DNA of 64,000 bases, from NCBI RefSeq assembly GCF_009914755.1, contig NC_060928.1; one strand, 5' to 3'. The notes below the pieces were generated by a model. That model was given only the letters and a program-made list of their open reading frames with translations, did no database searches and was not told where the DNA came from. How positions within the stretch are numbered: position 1 is the stretch's first letter; each line of letters begins with the position of its first letter. This document shows positions 1-17,710 of this stretch, one piece after another. This stretch comes from the human T2T-CHM13v2.0 reference genome, Homo sapiens. Made by a program: the position numbers and the translations under genes.

Positions 1-30
1 ATTAACAGGCGTAAGCCACCACACCCAGCC
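1..30 (-). mobile_element. Alu 5' end, cut by the window edge
   Basis: caggcgtaagccaccacacccagcc. Confidence 0.85.
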
Positions 31-730
31 CATGCCAAGAACTTTATTAGTATTATTCTACTGGATTCCCAAAATAACTCCAGAGGATTGATATTATTCT
101 TTTTTTTTTAATTTTTTATTTCCATAGGTTTTTGGGGAACAGGTAGTATTTGCTTACATGAGTAAGTTCTTTAGAGTTGATTTGTGAGATTTTGGTGCAC
201 CCATCACCAGAGCAGTATACTCTGAACCTAATTTGTAGTCTTTTATCCCTCACCCACTTCCCATCCTTTCCCCTTGAGTCCTGAAAGTCCATTGTGTCAT
301 TTTTATGCCTTTGCATCCTCATAGCTTAGCTCCTACTTATGAGTGAGAACATACGATGTTTGGTTTTCCATTCCTGAGTTACTTCACTTAGAATAGTAGT
401 TTCTAGTTCCATCCAGGTTGCTGTGAATGCCATTAATTTATTCTTTCTATGGCTGAGTAGTATTCCATTGTGTATATATACCACAGTTTCTTTATCCATT
501 GATTGATGGGCATTTGGGCTAGTTCCATATTTTTGCAGTTGTGAATTGTGCTGCTATAAACATGCATGTGCAAGTATCTTTTCCATACACTGACTTCTTT
601 TCCTGTTAGTAGATATATTCTTATGCCTGTTTTACAGATGGAAATACAGAGGCTTAGATTAATTTGCCCAAAGTCACAAAGGTGGTTAAATAGTAGAGCC
701 AGGGCTGGAACCCATCTGCTTGATTCTGAA
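31..730 (-). mobile_element. MIR split by the L1PB insertion (arms ~31-100 and ~614-730)
   Basis: ttttacagatggaaatacagaggctt...ttgcccaaagtcaca core; left arm continues the MIR consensus. Confidence 0.65.
100..613 (-). mobile_element. L1PB-type LINE-1 3' end, 5'-truncated
   Basis: Poly-T, then ccataggtttttggggaacagg...gagtgagaacatacgatgtttgg; the minus-strand ORF 433-744 ends in L1 ORF2-like WIKKLWYIYTMEYYSAI. Confidence 0.9.
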
Positions 731-734
731 ATAC

Positions 735-830
735 ATTCATTCATTCATTAAATATTTATTGAGGGTCCTATAATGAACCAGGCACTGTTTTATCCCACTG
801 TTTTTAGGAATATAATAGTAAGCAATACAT
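735..830 (-). mobile_element. L2 3' end fragment
   Basis: cattcattcattcattaaatatttattgag...ccaggcactg. Confidence 0.7.
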
Positions 831-1345
831 ATAGCCAGTGTGCTTTAGAAAAAAGACCAAAAGAGAACTATACCCCAAAATTAAGAGTTATAATGTCCAG
901 ATAATAGATTGGATGTGATGTTTATTTTCTTCTCTCTCCGACTTCAGTCTTTCTAATTTATTGCACAAGAGTTTGTGTGTTTGTGATGAATGAATATACA
1001 CACAATGATATCTATTACTGTATTACATCAGAAAAACACCCTCAGTAAACCTGCCATAACTGAAGACTATGGCAGTGTACTTTTATTCGTAGTGTTTGAA
1101 TGAGAAAGAAGATAATAGATAATAAACAAGTTGAACAGTTAAATATTCTCATCTCCCCTCTAAAATTATTTTGTACAGCATATATGTATTCTTAAACTCA
1201 TGTAGATTACTTGGGGCTCACTTTTCTAGTTTCTCATCTAATGCAGGAGTATAAGCAACATTCGTTGAGTATTTTGTGTGCCGCTGTCCTTAGATATCAC
1301 TGGCACAGAAATCAAAGACATGCTCTTTTTTCTTAAGAAGGTTAC

Positions 1346-1711
1346 TGTTGTGAACCGAATTGTGTCTTCCCAAAATTCATTTGCTGAAATCCCAAATTCC
1401 AGTACCTCAGAATGGGACTATATTTGAAGAGGGCATTTGGTCTTTAAAGAGGTAAAATGAGGTCAGTAGGGTGGGCCTTAATTAAATTTAACTGGTGTCA
1501 TTATAAGAGGAAATTGAGACACTGACACATATTGAGGGAAGACCATGTGAAGACACATGGAGAAGATGGCCATCTATACACTAAGGGGAGAAGCCCTCTT
1601 GACATCTTGGTCTTGAACTTTAGCTTCCAGAACTGTGAGAAAATAAATTCTTGTTGTTGAAGCCACCCAGTCTGTGGTACTTTGCTAAGGCAGTCCTGGC
1701 AAACTAATTCA
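1346..1711 (+). mobile_element. MaLR solo LTR (MLT1A/MLT1B-like) inserted in an L2
   Basis: TG...CA ends; gaattgtgtc, cttccagaactgtgagaaaataaattc and aagccacccagtctgtggtactttg motifs; near-TSD gttac/gttta. Confidence 0.85.
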
Positions 1712-2279
1712 GTTTATAGTCTAATAAAAAATACAGACAAGCAAATCAACAACCAAATTAATATGGTAAGTCGAACAGAGATGCATCTAGGATTACATCA
1801 GTGCAAAAAGGAGAGGTAAGGATTATCCAACTTTAACAAACCAATTTATTTTATTTGAAAAGAATGGAAAGCAGTAAGGTTCAGAAGTCTATTCATAATC
1901 AAATGAATATTTTGTACAACAAATGTCCATTGAAAACTTCTATGCAAGTTACCATACTGGCACCATGGTATATATTTCTAGTCTACCCCGTGCTCACACC
2001 CGAATGATGGGTGTGACTGGAAGGAATCCCACAATCACACTAACCAGTCTCCTTTTAAATTCATCACTACTAATCTCAGGTATGTTCCTTCTTTTCCCTG
2101 GGTATATTCTTAATAGTAATGAAAGACTGCTGTTTCTCTAATATGTTTACTTTCCCACTTTCCCCAAAAAACCCATTTCACATCTTCTTTCTCCTCAAAC
2201 TTCTAAAATCTCCTTTCCCATCCTCACTATTAGCTGATGACTTTGATTCCTCTTTCACTTTTTTATGTAGGAAAGGGAA

Positions 2280-4873
<2,594 letters not shown>

Positions 4874-7800
4874 CTTTTAAATATTTGTAGAATGTATATT
4901 AGTGTTGCCAAATTGAAATTATATCTCACTTGTCTTATTATTGAATTACATTTATCCTGCTTTGCAGATTTTATAATAATCTCAAAAAGAATTGACTGTA
5001 GTTGTCTCCAGTAGACTTTTAAAAAATTGTCAATTAAGGTTACCTTCTTTAGAACTTGTTCTCTTTATTTACTATTATGTTTAAACTCATTTTACCTGTG
5101 CATTTATTTTGGAGAAGCAAGTCATTTATGCCTTTCAGATATAAAACTATAGGTGGCCTCACAACCCTTTAAATGTAGTATGTTAAAGGACTGAAAGTTA
5201 AAGTTGACATTCAGCGAAAGAATTACTTTTTAATGTTCCAAATTGGAAAGTTTGCATATAATCCACTGGAAATGAAGAATTAAGAGTGACAAATACAGTG
5301 TTTCCAAATTTTAGGAAGGATTGTTAATGTCTGCAGTTTTGAGTATTCTAAGACGATAGTCACTGTGTTTCTCTTTTACTCTCTTCCTGCTTGTGTCTTT
5401 GTGTGTAATCGTTTGTGAATGTATTTATGTGCAGTTTCTCCTGATTATCTTGTTCCTATTTCACTCTATTCCTGTGGCTGTGTTGTTCTTTTGCCCTTTG
5501 CTCACGCCAGGCCCTTCCTCAATGTTGGCAAATACAAAAACATAAAAGTGGTTTGTACATTTGTATTAGTATATTTAACTAAGTAGAATATCAGATTCTG
5601 TTTTTATTCTTGAGCACGTCAGTTTTTTTATAGCTTTGGGAAACTTGTTTTTTACTTCTATTGATACAGTAATTTTCAGTCGAATAAAATCTGTTGTGGT
5701 TGGGCTTTGAAAAATTCCAGTATTACAGTTAGTTCGTCATCCATATGATCTTAGGAAAGTTGGCTGATTTCTCTGACGTTTTCTTCATCTACACGTATAT
5801 GAAAAAGTTAATTTCTGTCATTGGGATTATTGTGAGAATTAAATAACAAAGAGCAGCAAAAAATAAGCATCAGATTTTGAGGCTAAATCCCAGTTAGGTT
5901 GTGCCTGTTGAAATCTGAGTTCCTTTCACCTTTGTATTTGTAAGCTTTCCTTTTTCTCTGAACTCTTCCTTGGCATCCTTCCCTACCTTTCCTTTCTTCC
6001 CCCCACATGCCCCCCCTTTTTGGATAGGTCTCACAGAAGATAAACAGGGTGAAAAGTTTCATGCCGTAGCTCTTCTCTCACAGCCAACCAAATGCTTTAA
6101 ATCCCTCCTCTCCCTCCATTTGTCAGTCAACATGTACTTAGTAAGGGCTCACAGGACATCGAATACTAGAAGAGATAGCTGAATACTTAATTCCACTCTG
6201 CAGTTATCTAGGCCTGTCATTCCTGTTCACAAATGGAAACCCAATCCTACCTGGAACAAGAAGAACTTCTTTAGTGTTAATCCTGTGTTAATGAATTTGT
6301 TAAATTAGTCTTTGCTGACACAGAGAAGAAAACACTTTGCTATATGTGAAAGATTAATTTTATTGTTTAATCTGTGCATAATTTCAAGGGCATTGATGGA
6401 GAAAGATGCTCTTTCAGGACAGCCAAGAAGTATCAAGTTAGGCCAGTAGTTGCCCTGAGCATGCTTGTTTAAGAAAGGAGATCTGAGAGGAGCAAGGGTC
6501 ATTTTCAGCTTGTTTTTTAAAGGTGCAGTGGGAATTTCTTTACTGTCTAAAATTCCTTTTGCTATTTGAAAGGAACTAATGAAATATTTTAAAGTCATCC
6601 TTTTAATGGACTGTAGTTTTAATTTATGTATTTATAGTGAACTATATTCCAGCAAGTTTGTAAAAAGACTTTTACAGGTATGTGAAATATAAGATAATCT
6701 TATAAATTACAAAAGGGGAAAAAGAATGAAATTCATCGATAGGCTCGTTAAAAATGAAGCTAACGTCGAGACTGGACGATACTAAAATAATGACCTGCCC
6801 ACTTGCCTCTGGTTAGACTGTAAATCTGGCTTTAGGCCTTCTAGTAGTCTACCAAAAATGAAAGGTAGTTTTGCAATTTACAATAAGATAAAAATAAGAC
6901 TACTGCTGAGGAAAAGCATAATAGTTCTTGCTGCAGAAATCAGGGAGGAATTTTTCTGAATGAGACCATGTGAAAGTGACGCTGGATGAGATCTAACAAC
7001 ACTCCAGCAACAACTTGCAGGAAGAGCAAGGGTGAATTTCATAGAGCTGTGTCCTGTAACAACTACCAGTACAGGTTCATGTATCACAACAAGCACCGTT
7101 CATAAAAGGAATAATCCTGCGGGGTGCAGCAGGCCCAATATGCTGTGATTCACAGAACCCAGTTTTCTGATGATCTGACTTGAACTCAATACATATTTTA
7201 GAAAATCTGGCAAATGGAATGTATTTTCCTTGGTCAGTTATTCTTAAATGTCTTTTTTTCTTCTCAGATGAACTTTGTCAAATATTTGATAGCATTGATA
7301 GACATGTTCCAGGAGCAGAGCTTTTCATTTTGTTCCAGGTACATACCAACACTTATGCTTTAACAGAATGCAGTTTGAAGTTGGATTGACTTCTTTGAAA
7401 ACTGAGAAGCCAAATAAGAATACTAGCCTCAAGAGTCCTCCAGCCTTATGGATGAGCTAAAGATGTGCCCTAGTAAAAAACTCACCCTAGTAAATGGCTT
7501 TGAATCTGTTTTAATGTGCAGCCAGAGAGTAGCATGAAACCCCAAAGCTCTACCATGCTCTGTGTTATGGTCACAGTAAATTGAGCCTGGAAGATTTTTC
7601 ATGCGTGTATAACCAGTTGCCCACCTGGCGGAAAAACACAGGGCACTCATCAAACTTTGTCTGGCTTTGAGCAGTGTGATTCCTGGTTTATCTTTGCTGA
7701 TAAACTACTTGCCAAACATACACTGAGAAAATTAGATGAAGGAACTCGTTGAATAGGATTGTTATTTTATAAGTCAGTTGAAAATGATGGACCACTTACC

Positions 7801-8359
7801 AAAAGTAATATATTCGATTACAGAATAGGTGATCTGTAGCCCTTCTTTTCTGGCAGGAATTAGTAAACAAAGGCATTCCTTATTAGTCATAACAAAATTA
7901 TGGTACCCTAAAGTTTTAAAAATAATAATAATAAACTGCCTATCTCAAACTTAAGAGAATGATATGTACTAGCTTATACAAAATGGCATCATGTTATTAA
8001 TAAGAAACAAGTTAACAAAAAGTAGGGCTAGAAAACACCCTCTTACACCCCACGTAAAAATTTTTAATCACTCATCAAGAGCCTTTCTCCTTTTGTGACT
8101 CTTGCAGAATTAGGTGCTGATTCTGAGTAAACATCAATATGGTGACAAAGAATTTACAGTGGGAGATAGTTATTGAATAGCAAGGTTTATGTTATTGTCA
8201 GAATTTTAAAAATGCTGTGACTTTGCGATACTCATTGCTATGACTTCTCCTGTTAATAATCTGCCTGGAAGTCTGGTGTCTGATGCTTACCAACAATTAC
8301 CATGTGGTCGCTTAGGGATGATAAGTGATGTTAATGAGGTCAAAGGCAGAATATCAGTT

Positions 8360-8590
8360 GACTAGAGCGGCATACTAGAAATCAGGAAATTCAACTTCTG
8401 GCCTTGGCTGGGTCAGTGATTTTATGATATTTGTCATATCTTTTGAACATTCTGTACCTTGGCTTCTCCATCTGTTAAACTGAATTCATAATAACTGTCC
8501 TGGTCTGTCTCACAGGAATGTTGCATGGACAAATTAGATAAGTGTAAAAGTGCCTTGGAGGTAAAGCTGCTCTATGAATATAAATTAGTG
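8360..8590 (+). mobile_element. MIR
   Basis: ctgtaccttggcttctccatctgttaaa core. Confidence 0.65.
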
Positions 8591-8796
8591 TGATATAGCT
8601 ACTGAAAAGTATGTTGCAGAGGCTAGAATGGTTAGTCTCTGCAGGCTTCATGACTAGATAAGGCTTCATAATGGATTCCTGCCAAGCAAACCAAGCCCAT
8701 CTTATCAGTTCATGACCATAAAGTATTTAATGGGGAAAAAAATCTCTTTACAAACATTTGTTACCTTGATACAAATGTGTGTTAAAAATCGGTCAT

Positions 8797-8985
8797 GTTG
8801 GGGAGGGGGGAGAGGGAAGTTGGTGCACAGTGGGTATAAAATTTCAGTTATACAAGATGAATAAGTTCTAGAGATCTGCTGTACAACATTGTGCCCATAA
8901 TTAACAATACTACATTGTACTCTTAAAAATCTGTTAAGAGAGTGGATCTCATTTTAAGGGTTCTTACCACAATAAAATTAAATTT
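8797..8985 (+). mobile_element. L1MB-type 3' terminus
   Basis: gggtataaaatttcagttatacaagatgaataagttctagagatctgctgtacaac...cttaccacaataaaa; TSD-like aaatcRgtcat. Confidence 0.85.
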
Positions 8986-9649
8986 TTGAAATAAATCAGT
9001 CATATTTGAGTGAAATGAAACCTTTCCGAGTAGTTTCAGACAATTGATAATACCTAGTTTACAGTTCCTGTAGTCATTTTGGAGGGTGAGGACTTGATGT
9101 GTTTAGTAAAGTTGAGAAATAAATACATGAAAGAATGTGTGGGGAAGAGAAATTGTGGGGAAGAGAAATTGTCTCAGGTAATAGTTATTACTATTTTTAG
9201 CACTATGACTTACCAAATTGAAGTTTTTGTTTGTTTCTTTTGTAGAAGTGTCAAAGTCTCATCTCTGCCTAAACCATATATTTTTTTCTGGTTGCCTCAT
9301 GTTCTGTCACAGTCACAGTTAACATCCTCATTCTCAATCCTACCCATGATGCAGACAGATTGCCTCATTTCAGCTCAATAAAACATCACCAAATTCCCTT
9401 AGGCAGAAAAAGGGTGGGGAGTGCCCTTTCTTGAAGGAATCCCTTAAGTGCACGTCTCCCGTTTTCTTTTCACATCAATGCAGAGTCCCTCTGTGAATTT
9501 ACAACACCCAACACCCATGAGTTCAGTCCTTAAGAAGGAAAATTGAGCAAGTATTTAATTGGTTGGACATTGCATAAAAGAGGTCCATATCCAGGCTAAC
9601 TCTAGAAATTTTATTCTCAAACTTAGTTGGCCTCTTTTTTTTCTGTCAG

Positions 9650-9830
9650 AGGACCATTCTTAGTGGCACTGGGGAAATCTTGGCACCCAGAAGAATTCAA
9701 CTGCGCTCACTGCAAAAATACAATGGCCTACATTGGATTTGTAGAGGAGAAAGGAGCCCTGTATTGTGAGCTGTGCTATGAGAAATTCTTTGCCCCTGAA
9801 TGTGGTCGATGCCAAAGGAAGATCCTTGGA
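9650..9830 (+). CDS. PDLIM5: PDLIM5 internal coding exon (LIM1 and start of LIM2)
   Basis: Polypyrimidine tract ending ttctgtcag| at 9649; donor gga|gtaagt at 9831. 181 nt translating (R)[60 protein letters not shown], a LIM zinc-finger pattern recognised as Enigma homolog/PDLIM5. Confidence 0.97.
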
Positions 9831-11696
9831 GTAAGTATTGGAAACGTTTTTATTCTGAATGAGTTTTAAAGTAGAATAATTTTTTGATATGAAAGTCTTC
9901 TATCACTTTAACTTTTTATTTTCTTCTTGCTTTATGCCCTCTCTGCTTTCGGCACTATTTATTATTGTAAAGCAAAACTAAATAGACCTCTGTGGAAATA
10001 TATCGGACTCATGGGGTTAGGTTGTCTTTGGTTTTGTCTCACTGAGTGCTGGCTTGTCTGGTGAAAGTCTAGCCACTGTGGGGAAAAAATAATTTACTGT
10101 GGGTGTGCTTCCTCAACAGGAGCCTGTTTGCTCAGGAATGAAGAGGTCGCATAGGACCACACACATCTGAGTTCTTAGAACTGACACCTTCACTGTTTTA
10201 AATTAAATTCCATAGCTTTTATAAGAGCAGTATTTCCCTACTTGTCAGAGTTCAAGCACAGGACACTGATTTCATGAAATATATAAAACATGAGGTTTAT
10301 AAATGATATATTTTTCTTGAATACATACAGTGTTTAAAAATATAACCTCAGTTTTATGAGAGTGCACATGTGATGGAAAAATAATTTTTTTTCCTTTTTT
10401 GCAAAAAAAGGAGTAATTTAGGAATCAGATACAGTACATAATAAATAATGAATACATGAATTTCTTGCTCTGGAATACCTAGTTTCCAATGATAAAGTAA
10501 GGGTCAGGCATACTTTATGGTGACTAGGAGCTGGAATCTGATTTCAGAAGAAGCCAGAGTACCTGGCTTCACACAAAAATTGGACATGGCCCTGCTGAAC
10601 TCTAATATACTCTCAATGTGAAAATATGATAATGAAACTCTAATTATTGTTAATTGAGAGAATAGGTAGTATGAATTATTGAGTAGTCTTAAGATATCTC
10701 TTAGGATATCCTTAAATATGTCTGAAACGTTGAAGACACTTAAAATTATATATATGTCACCTGAAATATTTCTAGATTATTGATTTGTGTAATATGTTGG
10801 GAACAAAGAAGTGGAATGGTTCAGACTGTACCTTCCCAAATGATAACAAATAATTAATAGAATATTCATTAATACTGTTTTAGTGTATCAAGGTATTCTA
10901 TAAATGTTAGAATAACAAAACAAAGTGAAGTTAGAGTCTTAGACCCAAATAAAGTTCTGGGAAATGGAAATCTCATACTCATTGCCTTGGAGATGGGCCA
11001 GAACTTCAATAGCTTGTCTAGATTGTATTTTAGTTATTTGATTACCTGTTAAAGATTTCTCTCAAGGATGGAAAGGGAAGAATATTCTGGAAGCCTTGGG
11101 AGATAGTTTGATTCAATATACATCTTCTACAAATGTTCATGGTGAATTTTTTGGATCTAAATGTCTGTTTCTTCCCATTGTCCTTCAGTAGTGAACTGTG
11201 ACAATTTCTATGGCTAATAAGTCTATATTATTTCATTTTATTTTGATATTTTTTATAAAAGAAAATAGTTCACTCAAGCACAATTAGAAAACACAAAAAA
11301 TTTAAAGAATAAATTTAAATGACCTAAACATTTACCAATCACAGATAATTACTGTTAACCTTATGATGTGTTTTTTTCTAGTTTGCTCTTTATAAGTAAT
11401 GTGTTTACAAAATTGTAATCATGCTTTATGTATATTATTTTTTGTGATAAATATTATAGAAAGAGTATTCACTACTCATCCAAAATTATTTTAATGGCTC
11501 CATCTTTCTCTCAATCCAAAGAAATGATTTCTTGTAAAACCAACACCCAAAACCTCTTTTACTAACTAATATCTGGCCCAAATCTTTATAACTTGGTATG
11601 TTTAACCATTGGGCCATTGCTGACTAGAATATGGTCCAAATTTTACACATTCGAGTCTGTGCTTAGTGCCATCTTAGCTGATTTCCAAAAGCCTAA

Positions 11697-12123
<427 letters not shown>

Positions 12124-12616
12124 CCATTATGTTTTGTTATTAAATTATATATATTATATTATTGCTTCTAAAATGCACCAAAGTATAGGTTTGTTTTAAT
12201 TTTTAAATGCTTCCTCCTTCCCCCAGAACTTTTGCAGATAATACCATAAAACCTTTGTAAGTTAATGTTTCCTGACACCCTTTGAGAAGAAGCAGAAAGT
12301 TTTGTAGCAAGCATTTATGAAATGCTTACTTTATTCACTGTACATATAATGTATAAATAACATAGTGATCATTCTTTAAGTTTATTGATTGGCATTTGTA
12401 AAGAACACACGTCTAAATATGCATCCGTTTAGATGATTTGTGAGTCTGTTCTTAAGTATCTCTTGTTACTTTGAGGGAAAGCTCAAGACAAAAATGAAGT
12501 ATGTGTGCCTACTTTGGATTAGCTCTACAGGGATTTACTGGTACAGATATTAGAATAAACATTTATGTATTTATTGTCATCTTCTTTTTTTACATCCAAT
12601 TACCTTTCTGTAACAG

Positions 12617-12737
12617 GAAGTCATCAATGCGTTGAAACAAACTTGGCATGTTTCCTGTTTTGTGTGTGTAGCCTGTGGAAAGCCCATTCGGAACAATGTT
12701 TTTCACTTGGAGGATGGTGAACCCTACTGTGAGACTG
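12617..12737 (+). CDS. PDLIM5: PDLIM5 internal coding exon (LIM2)
   Basis: Acceptor ttctgtaacag|, donor ctg|gtaaga. 121 nt, [40 protein letters not shown](D); phase matches both neighbours. Not in the ORF track. Confidence 0.97.
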
Positions 12738-12897
12738 GTAAGATCAGGGAGCCATTTGTTTCTTGAATTTTGAATAAAGGTAAAACATTAACCCTTATAT
12801 TACTATAAAGCTCAAGAAAATATTAGGCAAAGTTATTTTCTTAATTGTTTTGGAAGCATTTAATGCTGCTCTAAGCATGTAGAAAAAACTATGTAGA

Positions 12898-13185
<288 letters not shown>

Positions 13186-14669
13186 CTATATAGACTTTTT
13201 AATGTGACTTTGTCAAAACAGATATTCCCAACTTTATTATTAGAATTGAGAATGTAAGCATTACTTAGTAGGAAAAATATTTTGCTTGAATTCCCAATGA
13301 TTTGTGGATATAAATTCTACTAAATCATGTACCTTAAGTCCACTTCTTGTAGTCCAGTAGTGAATTTTGTAAACATCAGAAATGTTCCACTTTAGAATAT
13401 GATACTGATTTGCCCTTTAAGGCGACTGCCTTGAAAATAAACTGGAGATCGTTTGTTACTTTTACTGAATGAGAAGGTAATCCTGACTTGGATTGTTCCC
13501 TTGGTAAAATGATTTTTAATAAACTAGACTAAAAGGACCTATCTACTGCATTTGTCTTATTACACAAACTCAGAACGTTTCCTTTTCCTTCCCAAAGTCT
13601 GTAAGTGAACTTTTATAACATTTATTAATATTGCCCTTACTTAGATATTACTACCACATATACATGTTTCAAAATACAAAACATTTTTCCTTTATTGTGC
13701 CTCTATTCACTACCAGTGCATTCTCACTACTGAGTTTTATTGTTATTCTACCTTGAAATTCAAAGCTCTGTGCTGATTGAAGGAGGTATTCCAAAATAAT
13801 GGAGTTAAAGGAGCAGTCAGCTTCTAAGTTGAAGCTGTATCATCATCATTCAGCCCTTCTTTGCCCACTCAGTATTCTCTTATTTTCATCTTCCTTTCAG
13901 CTCCTTAGTTTAAACCAACCTGGATATATTCCAGACTGTCTCCCAGGAACCCCAGAAATTCCAGTGAAGTACCCCATGGGCTGTTTTGGGACAGGTTGGC
14001 CACAAGCTGCCTTCCTCAATTCAACCAGAATACTTCATATTTTGTAATTCCACTTAATTTTTCTGAAGAAAGGGCTGGGTTTTGTTTGTTTGTTTGTTTG
14101 TTTGGTTTTTAGTTTGATTTGTTTGTTTTAGCAACTTTGGAAGACATTTTGACTAACTGGCAGGTAGCCCATATCTAGCCAAAACACATAAAACAGTCTA
14201 GCCTTAATACCTATATTTAATGTATTTGAAGTCATATTTTAAATACTAAATAATTACTTATAGGAAAGGAAAAACATTATTGAATATTTATTTAAATGTC
14301 ACATCTAATCAACTTGGTCCGTTTTTGTTCTTTTTCTTCTTTTAACCTCCAAACCATTTCTTAACCCAGTTTCCTCTATCTCAATAAATAACCCCATCGT
14401 CCACTATCCAAAAACCTGCAGGCCATGTTGGATTCTGCTTTTTCCCTTGTTCTTTCCTTATCCAATCTAAATAGGAAATCCTGGCAGCTCTACCTCCAAC
14501 GTATATCATATTCATTTATTTCTCTCCATCTCCACTAAAGCTAACTAAAGCTAAAGTCACTGAAGCTAACTTGCTTTCACCCTTTTTCTGGACATTGTAA
14601 TTGGCACCTAAATGGTATAGCCCCTCACCTTCCTTCCAACCTCCAAACAGCAGGCATAGAGCAGCTGTA

Positions 14670-14674
<5 letters not shown>

Positions 14675-14720
<46 letters not shown>
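14675..14720. repeat. (TG)23 microsatellite at the Alu tail position
   Basis: 46 bp perfect TG run. Confidence 0.98.
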
Positions 14721-14722
<2 letters not shown>

Positions 14723-14723
<1 letters not shown>

Positions 14724-15010
14724 TGTTTAGACGGAATCTTGCTCTGTCGCCCAGGCTGGAGTGCAGTGGCGCAATCTTGGCTCACTGCAAGCTCTGCCTC
14801 CCGGGTTCATGCCATTCTCCTGCCTCAGCCTCCTGAGTAGCTGGGACTACAGGCACCCGCCACCACGCCTGGCTAATTTTTTTGTATTTTTAGTAGAGAC
14901 GGGGTTTCACCATGTTAGCCAGGATGGTCTCGATCTCCTGACCTCGTGATCCGTCCACCTCAGCCTCCCAAAGTGCTGGGATTACAAGCGTGAGCCACCA
15001 CGCCTGACCA
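14723..15010 (-). mobile_element. AluY-like
   Basis: tgcaagctc, catgccattctcc, ttagccaggatggtctcgatc. Confidence 0.92.
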
Positions 15011-15082
15011 GTAATAGTTTTTGAAATGTGAATTAGATCAAGCTTAAACCCTTTAGTGGGTTCCACTAGAAAAAAATTACAC

Positions 15083-15380
15083 TTTTTTTTTTTTTTTGAG
15101 ATGGAGTCTCACTCTGTCACCCAGGCTGCAGTGCAGTGGCCCGATCTCGGCTCACCGTAACCTCCACCTCCCGGGTTCAGGCGATTCTTCTGCCTCACCT
15201 CTCAAGTGGCTGGGATTACAGGCACCTGTCACCACTCCCGGCTAATATTTTTGTATTTTTAGTGGAGACGGGGTTTCACCATGTTGGCCAGGGTAGTGTA
15301 GAACTCCTGACCTCAAGTGATCCACCTGCCTCGGCCTCCCAAAGTGCTGGGATTACAGGTGTGAGCCACCGCGCCCAGCC
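15083..15380 (-). mobile_element. AluS
   Basis: TSD aaattacactttt. Confidence 0.93.
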
Positions 15381-16051
15381 AAATTACACTTTTGAAGGCC
15401 TGTTTTGCCATCCTTATCTCCTCTCACCTTACCTTCTGTCACCAGATTCTACCCATAAGCAGCCCTTTGGCATTTTTCTGAACATGCTGAGATCCTTCCT
15501 TCTTTGGGGCTTTTGTGCTTACTGTTTCTTCTAACTTGAATGTTCTTTGTCAGTTTTTCTGCGGCGATTCCTCTTTATTCACGTTTCATTGCAACTATTA
15601 CCTCTTCAGAGAGGCCTTTTCTAATTTTCCTTAATAGTGTAGTGCCCCCCCCAATTATTTTGTATTAAATTACTATTTTCTTTCCTTCATGGTACTTATC
15701 ATAATCTGAAATTTATTTATTATCATTTATTTTTTAAATTCAATAAATCATGACATCCTCTTTCCAATGAGAATATGAGCCCCATGAGGAAAGCAACCTC
15801 AACTGTCTTCTTCACCACTGTACCCCTGCAGTGCCTTGAACAATGCCTGGCACACAGTAGACTGCATGAATCTATGCTGAGCAAATGGTGCTAAGGAATA
15901 CTAAAGATTGACAATTGCCAAGTAAGGTTAATCGAGTTGCAAATTATAGCCTGCCTTCCTCTCCAGCTGAGGTTGGATTGACAATGTCAAAGGCCAAAGG
16001 GTGAACCATGAGTCAACACAGTAGTGAGAGGAGCTGCATAAAAGAAAATTA

Positions 16052-16590
<539 letters not shown>

Positions 16591-16977
16591 AAATTCTAAT
16601 TTAGTAATAGAGAAACATCTCAAAACTGCTTTTGTCAGAAGGAAATCCTGTTAGTATTCTTATAACTGTAATCTATGTCAAGTAAATGGTCTTTTCTGGC
16701 TAAGGGTTTTCAACATGAAGTCATAAAATTGAAAGGAAAATACAGCAAAATAAATTGTGGCTAATATCGTTGTGATACAGTCTAGCTAGAAACTCAGTCA
16801 TAGCACTTATTCATGTAAGTTTCCTGTAATGTTTCTTTTTTCTTCCTTGACCAAGTCAGATACGCTATGAAATTTGCCAATATCAGATTTTGTTTTTGAT
16901 CTCTGTTCATTAGTCTTATTGTTGCTAGTTATTAGAAGTCCTTTGTATTTCTTCAGAACAGTCATGTCTACTGATAA

Positions 16978-17291
<314 letters not shown>

Positions 17292-17594
17292 AGAACAGTT
17301 CTTTATATGTATTTAGGCAATTAAGTAGTTGGTGAGAAGTGAGAAGTATTACATGGAAAATTATAATCAAGAATGTTAGGTTGTATAAATAATATTTATA
17401 CCAAGGGAATCCTGAAACATGCTAAACATCTCTCTCAAGCCAAATGTTATGCCATCTCCTGAAATTTTTCAAATTCCTAATATCTTTGTCTTCAGCATCT
17501 CATCTAATCCTGATTTTGTTGCTGCCTTCTAGGAACGATCATTCTAAAACTTCATCATGTTTAAATTATGTCTCTCTGCCCTCCCTTAATACAG

Positions 17595-17710
17595 ATTATT
17601 ATGCCCTCTTTGGTACTATATGCCATGGATGTGAATTTCCCATAGAAGCTGGTGACATGTTCCTGGAAGCTCTGGGCTACACCTGGCATGACACTTGCTT
17701 TGTATGCTCA
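17595..17710 (+). CDS. PDLIM5: PDLIM5 penultimate coding exon (LIM3 N-terminal part)
   Basis: Acceptor taatacag|, donor tca|gtaagt. 116 nt, (D)[38 protein letters not shown]. Confidence 0.97.

Larger units (their letters stand above)
14290..15890 (+). mobile_element. L2 fragments interrupted by two Alus
   Basis: aaatcctggcagctctacctcc; cctcttcagagaggccttt; aacaatgcctggcacacagtag. Confidence 0.7.

Noticed and set aside
9627-9869. ORF-track starts and ends around PDLIM5 exons (also 17444-17737)
   Set aside because: The flanking residues are intronic read-through; the real boundaries are the splice sites.
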